This document shows, piece by piece, positions 18,124 to 29,582 of a stretch of DNA of 64,000 bases. The position numbers and the translations under genes were made by a program. Positions within the stretch are counted from its first letter, which is position 1; each line of letters opens with the position of its first letter. The stretch is from Nannocystis bainbridge. GTDB taxonomy: Bacteria; Myxococcota_A; Polyangia; Nannocystales; Nannocystaceae. The notes beneath the pieces are model-generated. The model was not told the origin of the DNA, searched no databases, and was given only the letters and a program-made list of their open reading frames with translations. The DNA is taken from contig NZ_JAQNDL010000001.1 of NCBI RefSeq assembly GCF_028368995.1, forward strand, positions 2,208,001-2,272,000, given 5' to 3'.

Positions 18124-20829
18124 ATGACCGCGCGCGCACCCACGACCCTCGGTGAACCCGACGACCTCGTGCTCGAGCCGTCCGCCCGGGCCCTGCTCAG
18201 CGCCCTCGTGCGCGAGCTCGACGGCTGGACGAGCGAGCGCGCGCCCGGCCGCGAGTGGCTGCGCCTGGCCATGCCGGTCCAGGGCGGCGCGATCGAGGTC
18301 CCGCTGGCGCGGCCGTTCGGCGTCGGCCGGATCGCCGGCGGTCAGGCCCGCTGGCGCGACGCCGCCGGCGCCAGCGAGCCGCTGCCGCTCGCCCGCCTGG
18401 TCGCCCGCCTGGTCGAAGAGCCAGCCGTCGCCGCCGCGCTCGGCCTGTCCTCCGGGCCAGGTCTCGATCGCTTCGTCGCCCGCGTGCGCGCCAGCGCGGC
18501 CAACCTCGAGGCCACCGTCAGCGCGCGCGCGGCCGACCTCGACGTCCTGTTCAGCGAGCCGCTCGGCTTCATCGCCGCCGAGCAGGGCCTGCTGCTCGGC
18601 CACTCGGTCCACCCGGCCCCGCGCCTGCGCGAGGGGCTCGGCGACGGCGACGACGACCTCGTGCCCGAGCTGCGCGGGCGCACGCCGCTGTGCGTGTGGG
18701 CGGTCCGGCGCGAGCGGCTGCTCCACGGCGGCGACGAGGCACCATCCCTGCTGGCGCGCCTGGTCGCCAGCGACCCGGCGTGGGCGGCCCAGGCCGACAC
18801 CGTCGGGCCCGAGTTCGTGCTGCTGCCGCTGCACCCGCTGCAGCACCGCGCGCTGCTCGACGATCCCTCGCTCGAAGCCGGTCGCCGGCGCGGCGAGCTC
18901 GTCCCGCTCGGTCCGCTCGGCGGCGCGTGGTCGGTGACCTCGTCGCTGCGCACGCTGCACCGCGACGGCGCGCCGTTCATGCTCAAGCAGTCGCTGCCGG
19001 TGCGGCTCACCAACTCGCGCCGGACCCTGTCGCTGGCCGAGCTCGACCGCGGCCTGCTGCTCGGGCGCGTGCTCGGCGACACCGACGCCCCGCTGCCGCT
19101 TCACCCCGACTTCCACATCCTGCGCGAGCCGGCGTGGTTCGGCCTGCGCGACGATCAGAATCAACCTGGCCCTTCGGTCAGCTTCTTCGCCCTGCGCGAC
19201 AACCCGTTCCGCGAAGGCCAACCGGCCGAGATGCTGGCGACCCTGCTGCAGGACGATCCCCGCAGCGGCCGCAGCCGCCTCGCCGTCCGCCTCGAGCGGG
19301 CCGCCGCGCGCCTCGGCGTGCGCCCGATCGCCCTCGCCGAGGCGTGGTTCGTCCGCTTCCTCGCCGTCGCGTTCGCGCCGATCGTCGCCGCCCAGGCCGA
19401 GCTCGGCCTACTGCTCAGCGCCCACCAGCAGAACCTGGTGATCGGCTTCGCCGACGACGGCCTCACCCCGGCGCGCGCGTGGTTCCGCGACGCCCAGGGC
19501 ACCGCGTACACCGAGCTCGCGCTGCGCCGCCACGGCGAGCGCGTGCCCGGGCTCGAGCGGGCGGTGTTCCGCGCGCCGCTGGCCGAGCGCGTGTGGGCCT
19601 ACTCCGTCGTCATCAACGGCGTGTTCAACACCGTCGCCTCGCTGGCGATGATCCCCGGCCTCGACCAGGGCCTGCTGCTCGAGCACCTGCGCGCTTGCCT
19701 GCAGGGGCTGCGCGCCGCGGCGCCCGCCGACCCGCGCGCGATCGACTACCTGCTGCGCTCGCCCGAGCTGTGGACCAAGGCCAATGCGCGCTGCTTCGCC
19801 GGCGGCGTCGACGAGGTCTCGCTCGCCGACCCGCTCACGATCTACCGCCCGATCGCAAACCCGCTGCACCGCGCGCCCGTCGACTCGCCCGCGCCGACCT
19901 CCGGCCGCGCCGCCGATCTCGACGGCGACGTCCAGGTCGAGCTCACCCAGCTCGCGCCGTCGCGGTTCACCGGCCACGTCGACGGCGCCCGGCCCTTCAC
20001 GCTCGACCTCGCCGACGATCACGCGACGATCGCGTGGGAACAGTTCGACCCACGCGCGCGCGACCTGGTGAGCGACCGCCTGTTCACCGGCCGCCTCGGC
20101 CTGCGCCACCTCGCGCATGTCCACGCGGAAGGGCGGGAGATCGTCGCCCGCGAGGCGTTTTATCAGCGCCCGCTGTGGCACCACCGCGGCGAATCACTGC
20201 CGGCGACCACGCCGCTCGTGCAGACCGGCGCGATCGTCCATCCCCTGCGCCAGGACGACGGCGAGTCCCTGCTCTACCGCCGCCACTGCGCCGCCATCGA
20301 TCGCACCTTCAGCCTGCGGCGCTTCGATCTGTCGCGCGACCTCGACCTGTTCTGCGCCTGGATGAACGACCCGGTGGTCGCGAAATTCTGGGAGCAGGCC
20401 TGGCCGCGCGCGCAGCTGCTCGACTACATCGAGCAGCGGCAGGCCGACCCGCACACGATCCCCGCGATCGGCTGGTTCGACGAGCGGCCGGTCGCCTACT
20501 ACGAGATCTACTGGGCCAAGGAGGACCGCCTCGGCCCGCACTACGCGGCCGACGACTTCGACCGCGGGTTCCACATGGCGATCGGCGACCCCGAGGTGCG
20601 TCACCGCGGCTGGGGTCGGCAGTGGTTCCTCTCGATGGCGCACTACCTGTTCCTCGACGACCCGCGGACGCAGCGGCTGGTCGGCGAGCCGCGCGTCGAT
20701 CAGGCCCGCGTGCGCAACTGGGCCAACTCCACCCCGTGGGAGGAGTGGGGCGAGGTCCACTTCCCGCACAAGACCGCCGTGCTGATGGTGCTCTCCCGCG
20801 AGCGCTTCTTCGCCACCTTCGAGGGCTGA
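18124..20829 (+). CDS. IucA-type NIS siderophore synthetase fused to an IucB/AlcB-type N-hydroxylysine acyltransferase
   Basis: EQGLLLGHSVHPAP, LPLHPLQ, TSSLRTL, KQSLPVRLTNSRR, AHQQN, RDAQG (IucA); C-terminal WMNDPVVAKFWEQ, YYEIYWAKEDRLG, DRGFH, FLDDPRT.RLVGEPR, FPHK (IucB). Confidence 0.92.
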   Translation: MTARAPTTLGEPDDLVLEPSARALLSALVRELDGWTSERAPGREWLRLAMPVQGGAIEVPLARPFGVGRIAGGQARWRDAAGASEPLPLARLVARLVEEPAVAAALGLSSGPGLDRFVARVRASAANLEATVSARAADLDVLFSEPLGFIAAEQGLLLGHSVHPAPRLREGLGDGDDDLVPELRGRTPLCVWAVRRERLLHGGDEAPSLLARLVASDPAWAAQADTVGPEFVLLPLHPLQHRALLDDPSLEAGRRRGELVPLGPLGGAWSVTSSLRTLHRDGAPFMLKQSLPVRLTNSRRTLSLAELDRGLLLGRVLGDTDAPLPLHPDFHILREPAWFGLRDDQNQPGPSVSFFALRDNPFREGQPAEMLATLLQDDPRSGRSRLAVRLERAAARLGVRPIALAEAWFVRFLAVAFAPIVAAQAELGLLLSAHQQNLVIGFADDGLTPARAWFRDAQGTAYTELALRRHGERVPGLERAVFRAPLAERVWAYSVVINGVFNTVASLAMIPGLDQGLLLEHLRACLQGLRAAAPADPRAIDYLLRSPELWTKANARCFAGGVDEVSLADPLTIYRPIANPLHRAPVDSPAPTSGRAADLDGDVQVELTQLAPSRFTGHVDGARPFTLDLADDHATIAWEQFDPRARDLVSDRLFTGRLGLRHLAHVHAEGREIVAREAFYQRPLWHHRGESLPATTPLVQTGAIVHPLRQDDGESLLYRRHCAAIDRTFSLRRFDLSRDLDLFCAWMNDPVVAKFWEQAWPRAQLLDYIEQRQADPHTIPAIGWFDERPVAYYEIYWAKEDRLGPHYAADDFDRGFHMAIGDPEVRHRGWGRQWFLSMAHYLFLDDPRTQRLVGEPRVDQARVRNWANSTPWEEWGEVHFPHKTAVLMVLSRERFFATFEG

Positions 20830-20833
20830 CGAC

Positions 20834-22600
20834 GTGAACCCCGGCGAGACCTCCGAGTGGCAGGACCACGCCCGCCTGGCCGGCCGGCGCCGGCTGGCGC
20901 AGGCGATCGGCGAGCTCAGCTTCGAGGGGCTGCTGCACCCGCGTCCGCTCGGCGACGACCGCTGGGCGCTCGATCTGTCCGATGGGACATGTTATTCGTT
21001 CACAGGGCGGCCGAGCGCGTGGGGCGGGCTGCACGTCGAGGCCGACGGCATCACCCGCCGCGAAGGCGACGGCGACGAGCAACCGGCCGCCTCGCCGGTG
21101 CAGCTGATCCTCGACGCCCGGGCCGCGCTCGGGGTCGGCGCCGACGCGCTGGCCGAGTTCCTCGAGGAGCTCCACAACAGCCTGCTGGCCGAGACGGAGC
21201 AGTGCGCGCGCCTGGCCGAGCTGCGCGCGCCGCAGCTGGCCGCGCTGTCGGGCGCCGCGCTCGAGCAGCACCTCGACGGCCACCCCAAGCTGGTGGCGCA
21301 CCGCGGCCGCGTCGGCTGGGGCGTCGCCGATCTCGCAGCCTACGCGCCCGAGTCCGCCAGCCGCGTGCAGCTGCACTGGCTCGTCGTCGCGCCCGAGCTG
21401 GCCCGCTGCAGCGGCGCCGCCGGTCCGGGCCAGCTGCAGTTGGTCGACGAGAGCTGCGACGCCGAGGCCCGGGCCCGCCTGCTCGAGCAGCTGCACGCGC
21501 GCGCCCCCGGGCTCGCGCGCGGCGGCGTGCTGGTGCCGGTGCACCCGTGGCAATGGCAGCACCACCTGGCCGCCCAGTATATCGACGCGCTGACGCGCGG
21601 CGCGATCGTCTCGCTCGGCCGCTTCGGCGACGCCTACGCGCCGCGCCTCTCGATCCGCACCCTCGCCGACGCTTCGCGACCCGAGCGCGCCGACGTCAAG
21701 CTGGCGCTGACGATCCTCAACACCTCGTGCTGGCGCGGCCTGCCCGGCGAGCACATCGAGCAGGGCGTCGGCATCGGCGCGGCGCTGCGGCGGCGCGTCG
21801 CCGGCGATCCTCTGCTGCACGGCGTGCACGTGCTCGCCGACCTCGGCGGCGTGCACGTGCCGCAGCCCGAGTTCGAGGCCCTCGGCGCCGCGCCCTACCG
21901 CCTGCGCGAGCAGCTGGGGGCGCTGTGGCGCGAGAGCGCGACGGCTCGCCTCGGCGCCGACGAGCGCGAGGTCGCGGCCGCGGCGCTGCAGCAGACCGAC
22001 CTCCGCGGCGAGCCGCTGCTGCGCACATGGGTCGAGCAGAGCGGCGCCTCGATCACGGCGTGGTTGACCGCGCTGTTCGAGCGCACCGCGGCGCCGCTCT
22101 ATCACTTGCTGTGCCGCCACGGCATCGGCGTGATCGCCCACGGGCAGAACCTCGGGCTGGTGCTGCGCGCGGGAATGCCGACGGCGATCCTGCTGCGCGA
22201 CGTGCACGGCGACGTGCGCCGGGTGGCCGACGACCGCTTCGATCACGAGCCGGCGCTGCGCGGGCTCAAGGCGCTGCCGGCCGGCCAGATCGTGCACGAC
22301 CTCTACACCGGCTATTTCGTCAGCGTGCTGCGGTTCGTCGCGCCGCTGTGCGAGCGCAGCTTCGGCCTGCCGGAGCGCGAGTTCCTGCGGCTGCTGTCCG
22401 CGGTGCTCGCCGCCTACTGTGATTCGGTGCCGCACGAGGCGACGGCGCGCTTCGATCTGTTCCGTCCGGAGATGGAGCGGATCTGCCTCAACCGCGCCCG
22501 TCTGCGGATCGGCCACGGCGGCGGCGCCACGCGCCCGCTGCCCGCGCTCGGTCCGCCGCTGCATAACCCGTTGGTGAGGGAGGTGGACGATGAACGATGA
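20834..22600 (+). CDS. iucC: IucC-type NIS siderophore synthetase
   Basis: DGHPKLVAHRGRVGW, VPVHPWQW, SIRTL, VKLALTILNTSCWRGLP, LWRES, IAHGQN, ICLNR. Confidence 0.9.
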   Translation: MNPGETSEWQDHARLAGRRRLAQAIGELSFEGLLHPRPLGDDRWALDLSDGTCYSFTGRPSAWGGLHVEADGITRREGDGDEQPAASPVQLILDARAALGVGADALAEFLEELHNSLLAETEQCARLAELRAPQLAALSGAALEQHLDGHPKLVAHRGRVGWGVADLAAYAPESASRVQLHWLVVAPELARCSGAAGPGQLQLVDESCDAEARARLLEQLHARAPGLARGGVLVPVHPWQWQHHLAAQYIDALTRGAIVSLGRFGDAYAPRLSIRTLADASRPERADVKLALTILNTSCWRGLPGEHIEQGVGIGAALRRRVAGDPLLHGVHVLADLGGVHVPQPEFEALGAAPYRLREQLGALWRESATARLGADEREVAAAALQQTDLRGEPLLRTWVEQSGASITAWLTALFERTAAPLYHLLCRHGIGVIAHGQNLGLVLRAGMPTAILLRDVHGDVRRVADDRFDHEPALRGLKALPAGQIVHDLYTGYFVSVLRFVAPLCERSFGLPEREFLRLLSAVLAAYCDSVPHEATARFDLFRPEMERICLNRARLRIGHGGGATRPLPALGPPLHNPLVREVDDER

Positions 22601-23882
22601 GATCGATCTCGCAGGCGTGGGCGTCGGGCCCTTCAACCTCAGCATCGCGGCGCTCGCCGACGAGCTGCCCGAGCTGCGAGCCCGCTTCTTCGAGAAGCGC
22701 GAGCGGTTCGCCTGGCACCCGGGCCTGTTGTTCCGCGGCTCGCGGATGCAAACTTCTTTCTTGAAGGACCTGGTGACGGCGGTCAGCCCGACCAGCGCGC
22801 ACTCCTTCATCAACTACCTGGTCCAGCACGGCCGCTTCCACGCGTTCCTGGCCGCAGACAGCTCGGCGATCGAGCGGCTCGAGTTCGCGGACTACCTCGG
22901 CTGGGTGGCGAGCCGGCTGTCGTCGCTGCGCTTCGGCGTCGAGGTCCGCGACGTCGTGCCGGTGCCCGGCGGCTTCGAGCTGCGCCACGACCACGACCGC
23001 ACGCGCACGCGTCACGTGGTCCTCGGGACAGGTCGCGTCCCCGCCATCCCCGAGTGCGCGCGGGCCCACCTCGGGCCGCGCTGCTTCCACGCGATCGACA
23101 TCCTCGCGCGCCCGCTCGAGCTGCGCGGGGCCCGGGTCGCCGTGGTCGGCGGCGGCCAGACCGGCGCCGAGGTGGTGCTCGAGCTGCTGCGCGGCAGCTG
23201 GGGCGAGATCGCCGAGCTGAGCTGGGTCTCGCGCCGCCTCAACTTCGAGCCGCTCGACGAGAGCCCGTTCACCAACCACCTGTTCACGCCCGGCTTCGTC
23301 GCCGCTTTCCACGAGCTCGACCGCCCGCGCCGGCAGTCGCTGCTGGCCCGCCACAAGCTGGCCGGCGACGGCATCTCGCTGTCGACCCTGCGCGAGCTGC
23401 ACGACCGCGTCTACCAGCTCACCGCCCTGCGCGCCGGCCCGCGGGTCGAGCTGCTGCCGGGCCGCGAGCTGGAGTCGCTGAGCCCGCGCGGGTCCGGCTT
23501 CGAGCTGCACACCCGCAACAACCTCGACGGCGAGCACGAGGAGGTCGCCGCCGACACGGTGATCCTCTGCACCGGTCTGCGCGAGCACCTGCCGCCGTGC
23601 ATCGAGTCGCTGCTGCCCGCGCTCGAGCGCGACGAGCACGGCGGCCTGCAGGTCGACGCCAACTTCGTGCTGCGCCGCCAGGCCGCCGGCGACGGCCGGC
23701 TCTACATCGTCAACGGCGGCCGCTCGACCCACGGGATCGCCGAGTCGCAGCTCAGCCTGATGGCCTGGCGCTCCGCCGTGATCCTCAACGACGTGCTCGG
23801 CCGGCGCCGCTTCGCCGTCGAGCAGGAGCGCGAGCTGGTGCGCTGGCGCGCCCGCCCGCGCGCGGACGCGAGGTCGCGATGA
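22590..23882 (+). CDS. iucD: L-lysine/ornithine N-monooxygenase (IucD/SidA family)
   Basis: GVGVGPFNLSIAAL, FAWHPGL, MQTSFLKDLVT, VVGGGQTGAEV, LCTG, LSLMAWRS. Confidence 0.93.
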   Translation: MNDEIDLAGVGVGPFNLSIAALADELPELRARFFEKRERFAWHPGLLFRGSRMQTSFLKDLVTAVSPTSAHSFINYLVQHGRFHAFLAADSSAIERLEFADYLGWVASRLSSLRFGVEVRDVVPVPGGFELRHDHDRTRTRHVVLGTGRVPAIPECARAHLGPRCFHAIDILARPLELRGARVAVVGGGQTGAEVVLELLRGSWGEIAELSWVSRRLNFEPLDESPFTNHLFTPGFVAAFHELDRPRRQSLLARHKLAGDGISLSTLRELHDRVYQLTALRAGPRVELLPGRELESLSPRGSGFELHTRNNLDGEHEEVAADTVILCTGLREHLPPCIESLLPALERDEHGGLQVDANFVLRRQAAGDGRLYIVNGGRSTHGIAESQLSLMAWRSAVILNDVLGRRRFAVEQERELVRWRARPRADARSR

Positions 23883-25729
23883 GCGAAGCTCCGCACGAGC
23901 CGGGCGCCCTCGAGGTCGCGGGCGAGGCCCTGCGCGAGCCGGGCTCCCGCGGACTCGCGGGCGAGGCCTCGCGCGAGCCGGGCTCGATCGAGGCGGTCGA
24001 ACTCCCCCGCGAACCCGACGCTCTCGAATTCACAGCAGGCGACGCGCCCCCGCGGGGCGCCCCCGCGCCGAACCTGCCCGACGCCCCGCGCAAGCTGGGC
24101 GCGCGCGCGCAGTTCGGCCTGGTCGTGTTCGCCGGCCTCGGCGCCGTCCTGCTCACCTGGGCGCTCGCGCGCTTCTGGCCCGACTCCCCGGCCGAGCGCG
24201 CCACCGTCGCCAGCGTCGCCTTCATCCCGATCTGGACCCTGCTCGCCCTCGCCCTGCTCGCCTGGCGGCGCCGCGCCCCTGCGGGCTCCGGTCGGCGGCG
24301 CCTGTTCGCCGTCCACCGCGGCCTCGGCGGCGCGCTCGCGCTCGCGGGCGTGCTGACCTTCGGCTCGGGCGTCGGCGCCGTGCTCGACCGCGCCCTCGCG
24401 CGCTGGCAGGTCGTGCACGCGGCCGCGAGCGACGTCCCGCCGGTCCACGAGCAGCCGATCGACGGCGTCCTGGCCGGCCTGCTGGAGGCCCAGCCGGCCC
24501 TGGTCCGCGGCGAAATCTCGATCCACCCCGCCGGCCCCGAGCACCCGTGGATCGAGGTCGTCTACTTCGGCCCCACGCGCGTCCCGGTCCGCGTCGATTT
24601 CGACCCCCGCAGCGGCGCCCCGATCGCCGAGGGACGCGGCCCGCTGTGGGTCGTGCGCGACCTGCACCGCCAGCTCCTGACCCAACCCTTGCTCGGCGAG
24701 ACCGTGCTCGGCCTGCTCGGGTTCGCCCTCGCGCTGATCCTCTGCACCGGCCTGGCCACCCGCCGCGACTGGCTGCGCAACCTGGTCCGCCGGCGCCGCC
24801 CGGCCCAGCCGCTGGCGATGCGCATGCACCAGTGGGTCGGCTTCTTCACCCTGCCCGCCGCGCTGCTGTGGGCCTGGACCGGCGCCCTGCTCGGCCTGAC
24901 CCTGATCGTCGTCCCGATCGTCGGCGGCGCAGCCTATGGCGGCGACCGGGCCGCCTTGATGCGCGACGTGCTCGCCAGCGATCGCCCGCCGCTGGTCGAC
25001 GCCCCGGCCCCGCGGCCCGACCTCCAGCGCTTGCTCGCGGCCCGCTGCCCCCTGATCGACGCCCACCTCCCCGAGGCCGAGGTCCACCAGCTGCGCGTGC
25101 GTCACCCCGGTCTCGCCAGCGGCACCGTGCGCATCGATCTCGAGGGCGACGGCCTGCTGCAGCGCGGCTCCTTCACCCGCGACGCTGACGGCGGCCTGCG
25201 GGACTGTCGCGCCCTGCCGGCGGCCGGCCCCGGCCTGCAGGCCTTCCTCGCCTCGATCGCGCTGCACTACGGCGAGTGGGGCCCCGGGTGGCTGGTCGAC
25301 CTCGCCTACGTCCTGCTCGGCGCCGGCCTCGTGGCCCTGTCGTGGCTCGGCGGGCTCCTGCTGGCCCGCCGGCGCGAGAAGGGCGGCGAGGCCCGCTCCG
25401 CCGAGCGCCTGCGTCGCTGGCTCGCCGGCCTCGGCTACGGCCTGCCGCTGGCCACCGGCGCCCTGCTGCTGCTGTCGCGCGTCCCGGCGCTGGCGCGGGC
25501 CGAGGACGTGGCGCTGCGCGTGTTCCTGGCGGTGCTCGTGCTGGCGCTGCTGCTCGCGCGGATCTTCGCCCGCGCCCCCGCGCTGCTGCACACCGCCCTC
25601 GTGGCCCTGCTCGCCGCCGTCCCGCTCGTCGGCTGGATCGCCGCCGGCGTGGTCCCGGGCGCGGTCGAAGCGGTGCTGGTGATCCTCGCCGCGGCCCTCG
25701 TCGGCCTGCACCGCCGCCGTCCCGCCTGA
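23879..25729 (+). CDS. PepSY-associated TM helix protein (iron-regulated membrane protein, putative ferrisiderophore reductase)
   Basis: Conserved His in FAVHRGLG, DLHRQL, RMHQWVG, ALHYG; multiple TM helices; ATG overlaps the iucD stop. Confidence 0.8.
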   Translation: MSEAPHEPGALEVAGEALREPGSRGLAGEASREPGSIEAVELPREPDALEFTAGDAPPRGAPAPNLPDAPRKLGARAQFGLVVFAGLGAVLLTWALARFWPDSPAERATVASVAFIPIWTLLALALLAWRRRAPAGSGRRRLFAVHRGLGGALALAGVLTFGSGVGAVLDRALARWQVVHAAASDVPPVHEQPIDGVLAGLLEAQPALVRGEISIHPAGPEHPWIEVVYFGPTRVPVRVDFDPRSGAPIAEGRGPLWVVRDLHRQLLTQPLLGETVLGLLGFALALILCTGLATRRDWLRNLVRRRRPAQPLAMRMHQWVGFFTLPAALLWAWTGALLGLTLIVVPIVGGAAYGGDRAALMRDVLASDRPPLVDAPAPRPDLQRLLAARCPLIDAHLPEAEVHQLRVRHPGLASGTVRIDLEGDGLLQRGSFTRDADGGLRDCRALPAAGPGLQAFLASIALHYGEWGPGWLVDLAYVLLGAGLVALSWLGGLLLARRREKGGEARSAERLRRWLAGLGYGLPLATGALLLLSRVPALARAEDVALRVFLAVLVLALLLARIFARAPALLHTALVALLAAVPLVGWIAAGVVPGAVEAVLVILAAALVGLHRRRPA

Positions 25730-25867
25730 GCGCCGGCGCCGAAATCCATCGCTCACGCCTCGACATCGGCCGTGAGCGCTGGCGATCGCCGTCCCGTCTG
25801 AGCGCCGGCGGCGAAATCCATCGCTGCACGCCTCGACATCGACGCCCGCGAGCGCTGGCGATCGCCG
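25717..25867. repeat. Direct repeat, 2 copies of about 71-78 bp
   Basis: ccgtcccg(c/t)ctgagcgccggcg.cgaaatccatcgct..acgcctcgacatcg..gagcgctggcgatcgccg occurs twice. Confidence 0.8.
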
Positions 25868-26029
25868 CGGCTCTCCGACCCGCGCGCACAGCCCTCTGCG
25901 GGCCGACGTGGACCGACGCGCACGCGCGGCCACCCACCCTGATTCCCCGCGCGGCCCGGGCGCCGCCTGGCGGCGCGTTCGGCGAATAGTTGCGCCATCG
26001 GGGCCATGCATGGCAAGCCGGCTTGCGAC

Positions 26030-27154
<1,125 letters not shown>

Positions 27155-27161
27155 GCCCCAC

Positions 27162-28712
27162 GTGACCGCCGACCACACGTCCCCCTCCGACCCCGCCGAC
27201 GCGAGAGCCCCCTCCGCGTCGGCGGCCGCCGTTTCGCCCCCGACGTCCGCGAGCGGCCTCGACCCGACCGCTTCGACCCCAGCGATCCGAAGCGCCGCGG
27301 GCTCGCCGGGTGACCCCGATCCGTCCGCCTCGTCGGCCCCGCCCGAACTCGATTTCGCCCGCACCACCGCCCTCGTCATCGGCGCCGGCGCCAGCGGCCG
27401 GGCCGCCGCCGAGCTGCTGGTGTTCCTCGGCGCTCGCGTCCGCCTCTACGACCAGAACCCTGACGCCACCGTGCCCGCCGGCGTCGAGCCGGTCCTCGGC
27501 GCCGCCGAATTGCCCGCCGAGGCCTTCGCCGGGCTCGGCCTCATGATCCTGAGCCCCGGCGTCCCGCCCGCCCGCTTCCGCGACGCCCAGCGACGCTGGG
27601 CCCCGCAGGCCCGGGTCCACGGCGAGATGAGCCTGAGCCTGGCGATCGCCGCGGCCCGCTTCGGCCGCCTGCCGACCGTCCTCATCACCGGCACCAACGG
27701 CAAGAGCACCGTCACCGCCCTCACCGGCGCCCTGCTCGAGGCCGGCGGCCTGAAGCCGTTCGTCGGCGGCAACCTCGGCGTCCCGCTGGCCGCCGCCCTG
27801 CTGGGCCTCCTGCGCGCCCGCGCCCCCGCGCCCGACGCCCTCGTGCTCGAGTGCTCGAGCTTCCAGCTCGAGACCCTCGAGCACGCCGCCACCGACGTGG
27901 CGATGGTCCTCAACATCACCCCCGACCACCTCGACCGCTACCCCGGCCTCGACGACTACGCCGCCACCAAGGCGCGCGTGTTCACCGGCCTGGGCCCGGA
28001 CGGCCTGGCCCTGCTCGACGCCGGCGACGGCTTCACGTCGTTCCTGCGCGCCCGCGTCGGCGCCGGCCGGCTCGTGCTCGTCGACGACCCCGACGGCGCG
28101 CGCCTCCTCGGACCTGGCCCCGGGGACAGCCTCGTCCTCCCGGACGGCGAGACCTTCGCCCGCCGGGCCCTGCCGATCCCCGGCCGCCACAACAGCAAGA
28201 ACGCCCTGTTCGCCCTGCTCGCCGCCCGCCGGCTCGGCGTCGACCACGACGCCTGCGTGCGCGGCCTGGAGGGCTTCCACGGCCTGCCGCACCGCATGAC
28301 CTTCGTCCGCGAGCGCGCCGGCGTCCGCTTCTACGACGACTCCAAGGCGACCAACGTCGCCAGCGTGCTCGCCAGCCTCGACGGCTTCGACCGCCCGGTC
28401 GTCCTCATCGCCGGCGGCCGGGCCAAGGGCGACGATCTCACGCCCCTGCGCGCCCTGCTGGGCCGCAGCGGCCGCGCCCTGGTCGCCATCGGCGAGTCGG
28501 CCGACGCCTTTTACCCCCTCGCCGACGGCCTCGTGCCGGCGCGCCGGGCGAACTCCATGGCCGAGGCCGTCGAGCTCGCGGCCGCGCTCGCCGGCCCGGG
28601 CGACGCCGTGGTCCTCTCGCCGGCGTGTGCCAGCTACGACTGGTTCAAGAATTACGGCGAACGCGGCGACACCTTCGCCCGCCTGGTGCGGGCGCTGCCT
28701 GCGGAGAAGTGA
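27162..28712 (+). CDS. murD: UDP-N-acetylmuramoyl-L-alanine--D-glutamate ligase
   Basis: LSPGVP, ITGTNGKSTVT, GGNLG, ECSSFQLE, NITPDHLDRY, DDSKATN, LSPACASYD; Pro/Ser-rich N-terminal extension. Confidence 0.95.
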   Translation: MTADHTSPSDPADARAPSASAAAVSPPTSASGLDPTASTPAIRSAAGSPGDPDPSASSAPPELDFARTTALVIGAGASGRAAAELLVFLGARVRLYDQNPDATVPAGVEPVLGAAELPAEAFAGLGLMILSPGVPPARFRDAQRRWAPQARVHGEMSLSLAIAAARFGRLPTVLITGTNGKSTVTALTGALLEAGGLKPFVGGNLGVPLAAALLGLLRARAPAPDALVLECSSFQLETLEHAATDVAMVLNITPDHLDRYPGLDDYAATKARVFTGLGPDGLALLDAGDGFTSFLRARVGAGRLVLVDDPDGARLLGPGPGDSLVLPDGETFARRALPIPGRHNSKNALFALLAARRLGVDHDACVRGLEGFHGLPHRMTFVRERAGVRFYDDSKATNVASVLASLDGFDRPVVLIAGGRAKGDDLTPLRALLGRSGRALVAIGESADAFYPLADGLVPARRANSMAEAVELAAALAGPGDAVVLSPACASYDWFKNYGERGDTFARLVRALPAEK

Positions 28713-28724
28713 TACACCGCCCGC

Positions 28725-29582
28725 ATGCGGCTCGACAGCGTGCGCGGCAACACCCAGAGGCTCGACGGCGGCGCGATGTTCGGCAACGTCCCGCGGCCCC
28801 TGTGGCAGCGCTGGGCCCCGCCTGACGACCTCAACCGGATCTCCCTGGCCTGTCGCTGCCTGCTCGTCCGCGACGACCGCGGCCGCACGATCCTCTTCGA
28901 GGCCGGCATCGGCGCCTTCTTCGAGCCCAAGCTGCGCGAGCGCTTCGGCGTCGTCGAGTCGGAGCACGTCCTCCTCGACTCGCTGGCCGCCCTCGGCGTC
29001 GGGCCCGACGACATCGACATCGTCGTGCTCTCGCACCTCCACTTCGATCACGCCGGCGGCCTGCTCACCACCTGGTCCGAAGGACAGGCGCCGGCCCTGG
29101 TATTCCCGCGCGCCAGCTACGTCGTCGGCGAGGACGCCTGGCAGCGCGCGCTGCACCCCCACCCGCGCGACCGGGCCTCGTTCATCCCCGGCCTCACCGA
29201 CTTGCTCCTCGCCACGGGTCGGCTCGAGCGCGTGAGCGGCGACCGCAGCGAGCTGCTCGGGCCCGGCTACACCTTCACGGTCTCCAACGGTCACACACCG
29301 GGGCTGCTGCTCGCACGCATCGAGACACCGCGGGGCGCCGTCACCTTCATGGGCGATCTCGTGCCCGGCGTCCCGTGGGTCCACCTGCCGATCACCATGG
29401 GCTACGACCGCTTCCCGGAGCTCCTCATCGACGAGAAGGAGGCCCTGCTGGCCCGGATCCTCGCCGACGACGGCACCGTCTTTTACACCCACGATCCAGA
29501 TGTCGCGGCCAGCAAGCTGACCCGCGACGCCCATGGCAAGTTCACCGCGACATCCATGGTCAGCGAGCTCCACTGGGCCTGA
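28725..29582 (+). CDS. MBL-fold metallo-hydrolase (YtnP-like)
   Basis: [38 protein letters not shown]. Confidence 0.88.
   Translation: MRLDSVRGNTQRLDGGAMFGNVPRPLWQRWAPPDDLNRISLACRCLLVRDDRGRTILFEAGIGAFFEPKLRERFGVVESEHVLLDSLAALGVGPDDIDIVVLSHLHFDHAGGLLTTWSEGQAPALVFPRASYVVGEDAWQRALHPHPRDRASFIPGLTDLLLATGRLERVSGDRSELLGPGYTFTVSNGHTPGLLLARIETPRGAVTFMGDLVPGVPWVHLPITMGYDRFPELLIDEKEALLARILADDGTVFYTHDPDVAASKLTRDAHGKFTATSMVSELHWA

Noticed and set aside
23054-23878. N-terminal extension of the PepSY ORF given in the track
   Set aside because: It overlaps iucD in another frame; the likely start is ATG at 23879, overlapping the iucD stop.
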